Below are positions 1-11,700 of a stretch of DNA of 64,000 bases, one piece after another. A program made the position numbers and the translations under genes. The notes under the pieces are model-generated. The model saw nothing but the letters and a program-made list of their open reading frames with translations, searched no databases and was not told the origin of the DNA. Position 1 is the stretch's first letter, and each line of letters opens with the position of its first letter. The DNA is from Hormiphora californensis (taxonomy: Eukaryota > Animalia > Ctenophora): positions 5,890,001 through 5,954,000 of the forward strand of contig CM035355.1 of NCBI GenBank assembly GCA_020137815.1. The letters run 5' to 3'.

Positions 1-45
1 GTGGGGAAGGGCAAGCCACATCTCCTTTTAAGTGATAAAACGGTA

Positions 46-520
46 TCAGAACTCACCAATGGCATTGGATTGTTGTGGAGGGGACATGTTAACAAACTGG
101 TGTCGTATTCCACCCGCGTTACTCCCCTTTTGTTGTTCAGGCTTGGGTGGCAACACTCCTGGGAATTGGGATGAGAGATCAACAACTTTTGAGAAGACTG
201 AATGTTCAAAGATTTGAGAGACAGTTTTCCCGCGAGGGTTGAACTGTTCGTACTGTCTCCGCGATTTCAACAAAAGAAACATGGGACGAACTGAACTCCA
301 GGGAGCATGCGAGGTTTCCAAACAAATGTCAGCAGGATATAACACTGTTATCCTACTGACATTTGTAGTTAACTGTTATCATAGCAGTAATACTCACTTT
401 GAGAATTGCGAGGATTACTGTTGGCTGCAGATACCGTTCTCATTGAAACAATATCAAGACTCTGGCGCCGTCCCATTAACTGGATATCACGGGAGCGGTT
501 CCTTTCGAAAAACTCCTGGT
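46..520 (-). CDS. possible 3' exons of an unidentified gene
   Basis: Open frame ERNRSRDIQLMGRRQSLDIV..NPRNSQ ends at a GTGAGT donor (~397); AG acceptor at ~357 continues in frame into ORF 46..345; no family recognised. Confidence 0.3.
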
Positions 521-562
521 TTTGGATTAGGGTGGGTAAAAGAATGGAACATTAGAATAGTT

Positions 563-880
563 GAATCAATAAGTTGACCAATCGGCTGTTTTTGAGTCGC
601 ATAGTTTTGATACAATGAAATAGTGTTTATTTAGGACTGTAGACGACTCGGAGATTTATTTCAGGAAAGATAATACGGGACGGTTTCGACGTTTAACGTC
701 ATCATCAGCTCAAATTAATTTGTTTAAAGTAGTGTTGAAAAGTTTCAAACTTTTCAACACTACTTTAAACAAATTAATTTGAGCTGATGATGACGTTAAA
801 CGTCGAAACCGTCCCGTATTATCTTTCCTGAAATAAATCTCCGAGTCGTCTACAGTCCTAAATAAACACTATTTCATTGT
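563..880. mobile_element. SL/hammerhead-core palindromic insertion (Penelope-like non-autonomous retro-insertion)
   Basis: Perfect 136-bp inverted arms 610-745/747-882 around C746; 12-bp direct repeat ATTAGAATAGTT at 551-562 and 881-892; SL-like 741-783 followed by CTGATGA-T-GACG-TTAAA-CGTC-GAAA. Confidence 0.7.
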
Positions 881-1303
881 ATTAGAATAGTTAGGAGCCA
901 GGTTTAGTGATGGAGCGAATCCCACACTTGGGCAAATCGAGTGGATTATTAGGACCGAAACTAGAATTAGAACTAGGATAATTTTGCTACTTAATAATCA
1001 GAATTAATATTACCTTTCTCCTCTTCCCTTCCTCGCTGTCTTTCATCCTATTCCTTGCTCCTCCCATCCAATTCATGGCTTCAATTATTATAACACCAGG
1101 GTTAAAACTATAAACTTGATTAATAGTGGGTTTGTTCTTATCAAATTTATGTGTCCGTTCTCAGTTCTGACGTTTATCACACATATATCACAGTCTAACG
1201 AATTAACCACCTGTACAGTATTGTTTGAATATTTAAAAGAAAGAGAGAGTCTGGGCGAGCCTCCAGAGATTTCGACTATTCCAGTCATATTATATGTCAC
1301 AAA

Positions 1304-2071
1304 ATGTTCACTATTCTTCTTTTTGTTTCAAGTCTAACAGCTGTTACTGCCAATGTTCAACAATTCGAATGGGAGCCCTGGGGCAAGACAGACTGCAGTT
1401 TCGAACTGGATCTCATCAACAGTCTTAACACAGTGAGTCAGGAGCAGAAGGAAAACTACCGAACAACTCTGACTGAGATTCGACAAAGTAACAAGTTTAC
1501 ATTTGCCAACAGTACACAACTTCTTCGTTACCCAAAATCTGGATTCCTCTTCGAGGTGTTCTGGATACGAACAGAGAAGGGCAGGTTTGATCTACTTGAG
1601 ACCTGTGAGAGGTTTATCAATAGTCTACCCAAGCACGATCCGGATCTTTACTGCCTTACAAATAAGTCGGAGGACGATGTGCTGAGTGTGTGCATGATGC
1701 CCAGCCGGAACTGGCGAGATGATTGTGAGGAATTCTCTTTCAAGAATATTTACAAGGAAGGAGAAGGGAGTAAGGCACTGGAAAATCTGGCTAGGGCCAA
1801 GATAAGAAATGGCTTTAAGGAAGGAACGTGGATTGGTAAAATGATGCACATTTTCAGGATGCAGAAACTCCGTAACAAATGGTGGTATTTTCAAACATGT
1901 TCCGGTATAGGCAGCACCGACCGAATGTTCTCCAAATGTACTAATTTCTCAAAAAATGTCACCAGAAACTTCAAAACGGGGAAGCAGCTCCATGGCCATC
2001 GGAGGATAGGGTGTGCAGTGGAAAACAACAGGGATTTTCCAGTTACAGTTTTCTTCTGTATTTCTGATTAA
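1304..2071 (+). CDS. intronless secreted protein of unknown function, 255 aa
   Basis: ATG start, signal-peptide-like MFTILLFVSSLTAVTA, several Cys; C-terminal IGCAV..VFFC weakly recalls CAP/SCP domains. Confidence 0.6.
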   Translation: MFTILLFVSSLTAVTANVQQFEWEPWGKTDCSFELDLINSLNTVSQEQKENYRTTLTEIRQSNKFTFANSTQLLRYPKSGFLFEVFWIRTEKGRFDLLETCERFINSLPKHDPDLYCLTNKSEDDVLSVCMMPSRNWRDDCEEFSFKNIYKEGEGSKALENLARAKIRNGFKEGTWIGKMMHIFRMQKLRNKWWYFQTCSGIGSTDRMFSKCTNFSKNVTRNFKTGKQLHGHRRIGCAVENNRDFPVTVFFCISD

Positions 2072-2693
2072 CTATTTGAAATTTGATTGATGTACTTTAT
2101 GTTAACAATAAACAACTGACGAGTGACGTCTGACTGGTGTGCGGCATGTATCTCCAGTTTCTGAACTCTGAGGAGTTAGAATTACTAGTAAAACTGGGGC
2201 GATCGTACCGATCGCAAATCGAGGGATCTATCTTTTTTCTCTGCCTCACTCTCTCTATGATGCTATATGCTATGTGATGTGATCCCTCTCTCTTTTTTCT
2301 CTCTCTTTCTCTCCCTCATCATTTGTATACACGCTTAGACTCCGTAGAATACTAGAATACTACAATCTAAAATCTTCGGGTGACATCTGGTTTGGTCTCG
2401 TCGGGCAAGGGCATCCATACCTCATCGTCTGTTCACTTGGAGGTACCGGCTAGCGTTCTCTATACTCCTTACCTCGCAAGCCATTCCCTTCTCTTCACAG
2501 CTTCAGCTGTTCTCTTCTTCTCTGTCATGTTCTCTCTTTTGCCGCCTCCTACTCTTTCTTAATGGTGGGCTTTTGCTGGGTCAACCCCGGCCATCCTTTT
2601 CAGGGCTCGTATTTCATCTTACTAGATCATCTCCAAATTAAGGATATGTCTCCAGTGCACGGGAGAGTGGGAGACGGACTTGGAAAACGTTAA

Positions 2694-2869
2694 AATCTGG
2701 GTGCCTTTCATTGCTAACAATTCGAAGTTTTAGTGTGCGTGACGGGTTAGGGCTAGGGCTATCCGTTAGGGTCTGGTTAGGATTTGGTTTGGAGTTATCG
2801 GTTAGGGCTATCGATTCTCTAACAGATACCGTTTAGTTTACTCAAATTGGCCATGTGGTTGCGTGGCTA
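2694..2869. mobile_element. left part of a ~250-bp MITE interrupted by LINE (right part 7076-7156)
   Basis: Joined halves match the intact copy at 7304-7552; TIR AATCTGGGTGCCTT/AAGGCACCCAGATT; break at GGCTA|TAGCCG. Confidence 0.75.
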
Positions 2870-3010
2870 AACATTCATAAACATTCATAAATAAATTAAG
2901 CATTGTACACAAAGTTTCAGCTCAAAAAGAGCTAACACTCAGACACCAAAGGGAGTCGGGTTTTAATGGGCAGCCAAACAACATAGAAAAGCAAAACACC
3001 CCTGAATGAT

Positions 3011-5968
3011 TTACTCTCTGAAAACACTCGGATCGTTTCTCCAATCCAACAGGGAGTTACTGTGCTGAACACTATACCCACGAACCGGTGGCTGGTCAGG
3101 GATGGTGGACAGATATTTACCGAGCGACTGCTTTAGCTCGAGTAGGGAAGCTGAAGATCTCACTACCCGAGGCACTGCATTCCACAACTGAGCTCCTTTT
3201 ACGCCGAATGATGAGTCATAGGGGCCAGAGATGGATTTTTGGGCCAAGTAGTTATACCGAGGAATTACCGCTCTGGTGCCAAGGCGTGGGTGCTCTGTAA
3301 ACAAGAGACTCGTACTGTTTGGTACTACCTTATGCAGGACCTTCCAGACGTGGATAATTATATATCGTTCTCGGCGCCGTTGAAGGGACAGGATTTTGAG
3401 GTGATGGAGTCTGTCCCAGTAATTCATGCCCGAACAACTCGCGATCCTGCGGGTGAATTGTCTCTGTGCCTCCTCAACCAGTGCAATATCTGACTTTTTG
3501 ACAGGGTTCCATAGGGGACAACAGTATTCAACCTGGGGTCTGACGATGGATTTGAGTAGGGTTAGCATGGTGTCATCCGATCTATCCCGAAACACACTAA
3601 GTGCCCAGCCACTCATCCGACGAGCCTTTGTCGTGATGCTGTCGATATGCTCCGACCATGCACAGTTTGTTGAAACAAGGACTCCTAGGTCTTTGACGGA
3701 TTCGCTGGGTGATATCGTTTCGCCTCCAGGCCCACTGTAGGAGTAGTTTTCATTGGAGAATGGCAGCTCTCTTAACAGTTGGGTGGATCGAAGAGTATAG
3801 TTCATAACTTCAAATTTGTCCTGGTGTAGAGACATGTTGTTCTCTGTCGCCCAACGTGCAAACACAGCTAGACTTTTCTGGAGATCCTCTCTATCATCCA
3901 ATGACTTGATTGCCTTCCACAGCTTGGAATCGTCTGCGAAGGTGAGGACTGTGCCAGAAAGAAGTGTCTCTATGTCTATCATATAGACTAAAAACAACAA
4001 GGGACCAATAACTGTACCCTGTGGGACACCACTGATGACCATTTCCTCCCGAGACTGAGCACCATCTACCATCACTGTTTGTACTCTTTCTGAAAGGAAG
4101 TTGTTGATCCAACGGTGTAGCTGTCCCCGAATACCGTATTTTTCCAATTTTGCCATCAAGACCTTGACATCGACTTTGTCAAAAGCCTTCTCCATGTCTA
4201 AATACACAACATCCACTTCGTGTCCGTTATTCAGTTCTCTCATGACATTATCGTAGTGGTTTAAGAGTTGAGTCAAGCAGCTTCTGTTCCTCCGGAAACC
4301 ATGCTGGCCATCGTTGAAGAGCCCATTTCCCTCCAGATGATCGACAACTTTGTTTCTTACAACTCTCTCAAATGTTTTAATCATGTGGGAGGTGAGTGCG
4401 ACAGGCCGATAATTTTTAGCCTCCATTTTGGATCCTTTCTTAAACACGGGTGTTATATATTGGCGTTTAAGGCATGTTGGTACGACACCCTCATGGAAAG
4501 AACAATCCCAAAGTAACCATAAGGGGTATGCCAACTGTTTCCGGCACTTGGACAGTATAACCGCTGGTATGTCCCCTGGTGGGGCTCCAGCGTAAGGATC
4601 TAACTCAGCCAATGCATCCTCAATACAGCCGGGAGTGAAATCAAGATTGTCCAGTGTGATGGTCGTAGAAGGAATATCCTTAGTAGCCTCCTCGGCCGAA
4701 CATTTAGCAGGATCGCTGAATACCCCCACATACTGTGACTGAAGAATGTTTGATTTCTCCAGAGGATCATCGGTCACCGTGCCATCAGGTCTTAGGAGTG
4801 GGGCCACACTAGACTTGATTTTCCGATGCTTGTTCACAAATGACCAGAAAAACCGTGGATTACATTTGATAGTGTCAATAGCCTTTCTCTCTCTTCCTTC
4901 CAGAAGCCCAAGGAGGTGAACCTTTATCCTATCACCAGTCTTCTCAATTTTACGGTTAAGCTTATCAATCAGTGACTGGTAGGAACATCTCTCCCTAGCA
5001 AGTTTTAACCGGGAGTTCAACTTTTTCTGTCTCCTTTTCAATCGTTTCAGATAGGGATCCCTCTTCTTTAAATTGCTGAAAACCTTCCGTTTACAATGTT
5101 TTTCGAACACGCCTAGAACAATCTCTGTAATACATTGGACATAGGCGTGGCCGCCATCTTCCATGTCATATGGAGCTAAGTGTTCGTCCCAGTTGATAGC
5201 GTCTAGCTCCTCACGTGCCCCGGTGAAGTCAGCATTGTGGTAATCAAGTGCCTTGAACCCTCTAGCAGCTCGTTTGCAGTCTGACTTAGCCTGTTTCAGC
5301 CCAACTCCCAGAATGCAAGAAACGAGAGCGTGGTCAGACATTTGGGTCGCCGTTACATCCATGTCGAGGACATAATCCACTCTATTCGTAAGAACAATGT
5401 CCAAGATACTCCTACCTCTCGTGGGCTCCGTCACTAGTTGTGTAAGAAAATTTTTCTCAGCAAATTCAACCAGGGAGTTACTCTGGTCGGTTGGAAGGTT
5501 TGACCAGTTTACATGGGGCATATTGAAGTCACCTAGCACAAAAACCTCAGGAGGACAATCACCGGAGGAATGGCGTTGAATAAACTCCTCCAGGATTCCG
5601 ATAACTTGGAGTGGGTTTGATGTGGGGGCCCTGTAAACTGTTGCAATAACGAAGTTTGAGTTAGGAATGTAGACTGCAACGACACTATTACAGTTATCTG
5701 AGAAAGCAACCTGATCAGAGGGGGACAAGGATGAATGAAGATATAGGGCACAGCCACCCCCCACCCTGCCGTCCCGATCACTGCGTATAATAGAATAACC
5801 GGGGATACCCACCTGGGCATCTGAAAATTCAGCCCGCCACCAAGTTTCAGTAATGGCTACGGCCATGGCAGGAATATCAGAGTTACAAATAGTGTCTTTA
5901 AGATTCTCCAGCTTGTACCTTGTTTCGCTACTTGCACTCGGGTTTAGACTGCGAGCATTTAGCAGCAT
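3011..5968 (-). CDS. LINE-A ORF2: AP endonuclease + reverse transcriptase (frame open upstream to ~6283)
   Basis: ITETW, GDFN, SDH (APE); YRPVALTS, QHGFR, GVPQG, FADD (RT); SLQRRRER C-terminal motif. Confidence 0.95.
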   Translation of the reverse strand: MLLNARSLNPSASSETRYKLENLKDTICNSDIPAMAVAITETWWRAEFSDAQVGIPGYSIIRSDRDGRVGGGCALYLHSSLSPSDQVAFSDNCNSVVAVYIPNSNFVIATVYRAPTSNPLQVIGILEEFIQRHSSGDCPPEVFVLGDFNMPHVNWSNLPTDQSNSLVEFAEKNFLTQLVTEPTRGRSILDIVLTNRVDYVLDMDVTATQMSDHALVSCILGVGLKQAKSDCKRAARGFKALDYHNADFTGAREELDAINWDEHLAPYDMEDGGHAYVQCITEIVLGVFEKHCKRKVFSNLKKRDPYLKRLKRRQKKLNSRLKLARERCSYQSLIDKLNRKIEKTGDRIKVHLLGLLEGRERKAIDTIKCNPRFFWSFVNKHRKIKSSVAPLLRPDGTVTDDPLEKSNILQSQYVGVFSDPAKCSAEEATKDIPSTTITLDNLDFTPGCIEDALAELDPYAGAPPGDIPAVILSKCRKQLAYPLWLLWDCSFHEGVVPTCLKRQYITPVFKKGSKMEAKNYRPVALTSHMIKTFERVVRNKVVDHLEGNGLFNDGQHGFRRNRSCLTQLLNHYDNVMRELNNGHEVDVVYLDMEKAFDKVDVKVLMAKLEKYGIRGQLHRWINNFLSERVQTVMVDGAQSREEMVISGVPQGTVIGPLLFLVYMIDIETLLSGTVLTFADDSKLWKAIKSLDDREDLQKSLAVFARWATENNMSLHQDKFEVMNYTLRSTQLLRELPFSNENYSYSGPGGETISPSESVKDLGVLVSTNCAWSEHIDSITTKARRMSGWALSVFRDRSDDTMLTLLKSIVRPQVEYCCPLWNPVKKSDIALVEEAQRQFTRRIASCSGMNYWDRLHHLKILSLQRRRERYIIIHVWKVLHKVVPNSTSLLFTEHPRLGTRAVIPRYNYLAQKSISGPYDSSFGVKGAQLWNAVPRVVRSSASLLELKQSLGKYLSTIPDQPPVRGYSVQHSNSLLDWRNDPSVFRE

Positions 5969-6009
5969 AAGTTTGGAAAGGTTGCTGGGAACTGAGGGTT
6001 TCTCGGAAG

Positions 6010-7075
6010 CTAATACGACCGTCTCCCCCTCTGCTGATGAGGGCTGAAGGTGTAACCTGTTCCTGCCGGCAGTTGAGCCGGTTGGGTGTGTTGGGAGTAT
6101 AACTGGTCTGGAAGTAGAACTGGTTCTGGCTCTGGACGGTTCCTCATCTCTGTTCTCACTATCCCGGCTATTGAGTCCCTCAGCCGGTCGAGGACTGCCT
6201 CTAAAAAAGCAGCATCTGGTCCAGGTCTCTGATTCTGAGACTGGGACCAGTGGACTCCACTCGATACCCTCGCCCTACTGGGTTCACTTGACCAAGGTCC
6301 TGCATCAGGTGCTTGGTTTTGACCTGTGGTTCGTGATTGGGCTGAAGGGATTCTTTCACGGCGGTTCCTCTCATTTCCAGTCCCACGTGATGTTCCTTCT
6401 CCAGGCCTAGTCCTCAGGGTGTCCCTCAAGTGATGTTTGGTACAGCTCAGTTTATAACACTGGTGCCGTAACTCTGAATTCTTACACAGTGGAGGGTGGA
6501 AAAAGTTACATTCAGTGTTCTGGCATCCAACGCTCCTCATAGATCCATAGTTGCAAAACTTTTTGCACAGTGTAGGGTGAGATTTGGGACAAGATCTGCC
6601 ACTAACTAGCTTCGTCCCATCTCTCCCGTGTCTGCACCTCCTTTGCAAATAAAACCTACACACTTCGGTTCCTGGAACACCCCTCTCTCCCTGTTCCGGT
6701 GGGTCCGGTAGGTCCTCTCGCTCCTCTGCAGTTCTACTGATGTGCCTTCCCAGGATCTGCTCTCGGTTTGAACTACGTCTGGTCGAGTTATGACTAGGAT
6801 CTGGCCCACCGTCAGGTAGATGGCTAGTAAACCTTTCCAGAGTTTGTTTACCGAGGCAAGGGGAGCACACCCAAATTCGGCTTTTGATAGCAGTGCTGCT
6901 GGCCTCTTCTCGTATCTTTGCACAGTTGTGCAGACCGCCACCACAGATGAAGCACCGAGCAGGGGGATTTTCATTTCTCTTCACGGAATACTTTTCGGTA
7001 CACTCGCTGCATGTTTGGGGACCAAATCCCTCTATCCGCATGATGATCCAGTCAGCCAGGGTTGTTACTGAATGG
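6010..7075 (-). CDS. LINE-A ORF1, N-terminus truncated (ORF-track N-terminus derives from flanking MITE)
   Basis: CSEC..CFICGGGLHNC..WVCSPC PHD-like motif and three CCCH-like fingers; aligns by eye with ORF 39566..40879 from YHSVTTLADW onward. Confidence 0.85.
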
Positions 7076-7303
7076 TATAGCCGTTTGAAAAAAGTCGGTC
7101 TAAGTGTACTCTTCTGGTAGCGTGCACCTGTAAACAGGCTGCAAGGCACCCAGATTATTTGGCAAACGTTGCTGGCCCCGATAGCGCAGGATAAGGCAGC
7201 GCTTTTCAACCAAATTATAGGGATCCCTAATAAAGTTGTGATTTGTCACAAAACATGTGGTTCCCGTGGCGCGGGCGGTGCGGCTTTAAAACGGAAAACG
7301 TTA

Positions 7304-7552
7304 AAATCTGGGTGCCTTTCATTGCTAACAATTCGTAGTTTTAGCGTGCGCGACGGGTTAGGGCTATCCGTTAGGATCTGGTTAGGGCTTGGCTTGGGGT
7401 TATCGGTTAGGGCTATCGATTCTCTATCAGTTACCGTTTAGTTTACTCAAATTGGCCAGGTGGTTGCGTGGCTATAGCCGTTTGAAAAAAGTCGGTCTAA
7501 GTGTACTCTTTTGGTAGCACGCACCTGTAAACAGGCTGCAAGGCACCCAGAT
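7304..7552. mobile_element. intact copy of the ~250-bp MITE
   Basis: TIR AATCTGGGTGCCTT...AAGGCACCCAGATT; near-identical to 2694-2869 + 7076-7156. Confidence 0.7.
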
Positions 7553-7637
7553 TATAATCATCATCATCATCAATATACACTTATTATCCCGCTTTTTAGC
7601 ACATATTACAAACGAATAAAGGATACTGGATAGTTAA

Positions 7638-8581
7638 GGGTACACCTGGCGTTTTTCATCATCGAGTGCCCAGGATAACGACTTCACCAGGGTTTAGGTC
7701 ATACAAAATGGACCTCAAATATGCAATTTCAGCCCTGAAGTCGAATTCATATTTTTGCTACAGCCCATTTTCAAAGTGGCGTTTTCTCAAATTTTTTCGC
7801 AATTTTTGACCCCAGGACCACACTTTTTGAGATAGGAACATAAAATTCTGGGGATTTGAAGAGAATATGAAGGTAAATAAGCCTAAAGAAGGATTTTTGA
7901 AATGGAGCTCATTTATGGCCTTGAGAACGGTTTACTTTTTTACGTCTTTGACACGCTGTCTGAGAATGTTCCCATGCTTCATTAGGGATGAAAATTTGGT
8001 GAAAGTTGCTCCTAACGATTGTCTATGTGGCCCAAAAATTTTGGAACTTTCCCGCCAAAAGTGTTACCTGCAGAGCCGAAATGGTAAGCCTAGTTTTCTG
8101 GCAGAAAATGCCCTTTTCCTTGCAAGACTTTTTGCACATTTTTTGCGATAGAGGCATGAAATTCGGGGAATTTGAAGACAATAGCAAGGTAAATAAGCCC
8201 AAAGAAGGATTTTTGAAACGGACTTCATTTGTGGCCTTGAGAACGGTCTACTTTCTCCTATCTTTAACGCCCTCTCCAGGAGGCATCCATGGTAAGTTAA
8301 GGTTAAAAATTGGTGAAAAGATGCTTCAAACGATTGTTTATTGGGTCCCAGAATTTTAACACCAACCCACCAAAGATGTTGTGTACAGAGCCAAAACTGT
8401 ACACCTAATTGATGCAGATGTGACGAAACGCTATTTGGTCACGTCAAAACACATTTTCAGAGGTAGAAGCATGAAATGATGGTAATTTGAAGAGTATATA
8501 AAGGTATTTTGGACGAGATGAGTGAATTTTGAAATTGACCTCATCTCTGACCATATTCCATGAGAAGGGTCTCCGGTTCGA
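7638..8581 (+). repeat. left TIR (944 bp) with ~317-bp internal imperfect repeats
   Basis: Reverse complement of 12676-13619 with constant coordinate sum 21257; mirrored ORF-track translations are identical. Confidence 0.95.
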
Positions 8582-8750
8582 CACTTTCAAATTTGATTGA
8601 TAGCAAATGAAACTTGTATTTCATTGCAAAAAATAGATTGGTGAAATGTCAACAACCGTATGCACTCACACTACTCATATTATGAAGCACTATCACGAGT
8701 TCAGAGAATAAATATTCTAGAGTTCACCACATAATAAATTGAAAACTATC

Positions 8751-11700
8751 CTAAACATGGGCTGTGTACAACTTCCGTTTCTCTAAACAGGATTTCAATT
8801 GTCTGGCTGTCGCCCCAAGCCCCTTCAACCACTCAGCTGCTTCATCCGGGGTGAACTGCAAGTATTGATCACAAGTGATGAGTGTTTCCATTTTCGCTGC
8901 AAGAGCGGGTGTCACAAGGTCAGCTTTGAGGAGAGGATTCTTCTTCCGTGCTCGCAATGACTCAAAACTTTCAGTCTTGGAAGTAAAACTTTTTATCGCC
9001 AACTTACGGTCTCTAACTATACATGCAAGCGCCTCACTGTCCCCCAACGCGTCATGAAGATTATGGCTACTACCACCCAAAGCATTAGCAAGTGACCCAC
9101 GCACACCTAAGACATTCATTAGATCACCTAAGAAGAGGTTCTTCCTCATTTTGTCCAATACCGGTCCATCGAGCAAACAACTGTGATGAAGCAGGACATG
9201 ATTATCGAAGGCATTGTTGTTGTAGCCGACCAACAAAGCCTGACCGTTGCATCCTGTGAATATCCATTCTATAAACTCGGCTAAGGCTAGCCGTAATGGT
9301 AATGTAGAGAGCTTTTCCAGCTGGTGTGGCCAACGCCTCACCAATTCATTGTTCACTAAATATAGGTTGTTTACGGCACTGGCGTCTGGCGGAATTGGCG
9401 CTGTAGGTGTAACATATTGTGTGAAGGTTCTTGTTATCTGGTAGGTGTCCATGTTCAGCTCCACTGCTCCAATCTGAAGGTGCAAATTGTTCAATCAGGC
9501 TGTTCATGAGCGCTCCGAATGCTAACATGAAATAATATTTTAGTATAAGTCGGAAAACTGTCTCATATACTGACCTGCAATATGTCTGATGTCCTGAACA
9601 GTCCTCCAGTCTCAAAGTCGAACAAAAATAACCGTTTCCCCCGTATAATTTGTGGGGCATCCAGCTGAATCATGGCAGTGGTACTCAGTCCCACTCCCCG
9701 ATCATACTCCGCCATTTTATGTAGGTCAGAGTAGATTTTGCTCTCTCTCTGTTTTTTAGCCTTCCTTACATGTTTCTCACGGGCACTAGAAGAGGAACCA
9801 GACGGGGTCTTCCGTTTACCTAGAATTTTCACAGAGATTATAAGTGGTAACTAATGATTTGATGACATGACTTTATTCGGATGTGTATTTTTTACCAAGT
9901 CTAGCTAATGCTTCATCAGGAAGTTGAGGGAGGTGTAATTTCTCGTGATATTTTCTAACTGTCCATTGAATCCCGTCATTTCTAGTAGCCACTCCCAAGT
10001 TCACTCGTGGATTTAGGTTTGTTGAGTAAGTGTTATGTTTATGCCCGGTTCGCTTGGCTATATCTTTATGCACGCTCTCCACCTAGTGGAACAGTTGATA
10101 GTTGAATAGTTGAATAGTTGATCACTGTCAAGATAAATCAATGAAATCATTCATATCCATCTATTCTAACCTGGCTTGTTGATTTCATGTCGGTAAGTGT
10201 AGGAGTGATGAGAGCATAATCACTGAGTAAAGATTTCAATTTGTCCAACTTCTCCGATCTGATGTGACTGAACCAAGATTTTTTCTCGCCACCAGTACAT
10301 TCAGCTGTGCATCCAGTATGATCCCCTACCGCATGTGCCACGAGAGCCTAGCATTGAGTACCATTGTTATGATATTGAATACTAGCGGGTTTGTGTGAGA
10401 GAGAATAAGAGAGAAAAATTATAGACAGGGAAAGTTACCACTCTAACACTGGGGATCACAGATCGGTGATGAAACTGTATTGATATCAGTTTTAGTTGGT
10501 TGCAGTACACGTACCTTGAAGTATTGAGACATCCACTCGTCGTCTTTCTTGAATTCGAATGCATCGCTAACTTTCTTCATAAAATAGTCACGTGCGCCGG
10601 ACGTTGACTTACCCCAAATGCCCATAATTCTCCCCTTCAAATTCTTTTTCGTGTGGTTCTTGTCCTTATTGATCCTGATATTTGGAAGGACTTCCTGCAA
10701 CAGAGAGATAGAGGGATAGAGGGATAGAGGGATAGAGGAGAGAATCCTTATAGAGATGGAGCGATAGAGAAACCTGAAACCCACCCAGGGGTGAAACCCA
10801 CCCAGGGACCACTAGAATAGTACTTCCTAATACCTCAACTCCCGATTCAAAGACCTATTTACACTTATTATACCTTGATGGCCCTAGTGGTATTTCCATC
10901 ATTATCCACTACTATGTCACCAATTTCGGTTATCTGGCTCAACTCGCTTAGACATTCTTTCATTCCTACAGCCTCCATACTTTTTGCTGTACCAGAATAG
11001 TTTTTGGCACACTCCCCCGAATGTCCTTTGCCAAACATGTTGCACCTGACAAAAATTATGCTCCGTTATCTACCGCTACGAAAGAAAGAGGCAAGTTATC
11101 TATATGACTACAATGACGTAGATTTGAGACATGGAGTTACCAACGGCAAATATGTACCTGGTACATTCCCTGTTGAATACACAGTGTGTGAGGATCTTGT
11201 TTGACTTCTCTCCTAGAACCATCACGTTTCCTGATAAATTAGTGTCAGTCATTGTAAAGCTCCCACTTGCATGAATGACGAATGTAACAAATTGTTGTCA
11301 TATTTATTATTTTACCTGAAGTGGCATTATTATTAGCACGTGTGTGCCATGCCCCGTCTGCTTTGAGAGATATCCCGGCTTGTCGACCTTTTTCATCTAA
11401 TGATTTCCTCATTTCTTCTTTCACTGCCTTCCTTTCTGATTCCGCAGCTACAGCAGCAGCCGCAATGTTCTTCTGAGTTGGATCCTGCGAGTGGTAGTCG
11501 GGGGGCAGCAGACCATTTGACAGGAACATGTTCTTGGAACTCTCGACATTGGTACCAATTGCGTCGAGGGAGGCGCAGTACCTCTTTATTGTATCTGACG
11601 TATTCTCTACCGATGGTTGTGTGGTTGATTTATTGCAGTTGATACAACGTGCTGATACCATGCCCCAAAGATGTTTGACGGTTATTTTTTCAACATCTGT

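Larger units (their letters stand above)
2870..7075 (-). mobile_element. CR1/L2-group LINE (LINE-A), slightly 5'-truncated
   Basis: ORF1 (PHD-like + CCCH fingers), intact APE-RT ORF2, 3' tail of TTATGAATGT repeats, inserted into a MITE. Confidence 0.93.

Noticed and set aside
741-800. SL RNA gene
   Set aside because: SL is followed by CT, not a GT donor, and no Sm site is evident
2743-2810. Telomeric TTAGGG repeats
   Set aside because: Scattered degenerate copies inside a MITE, not an array
7867-8359. ORFs duplicated at 12898-13390
   Set aside because: Spurious frames within the transposon TIRs
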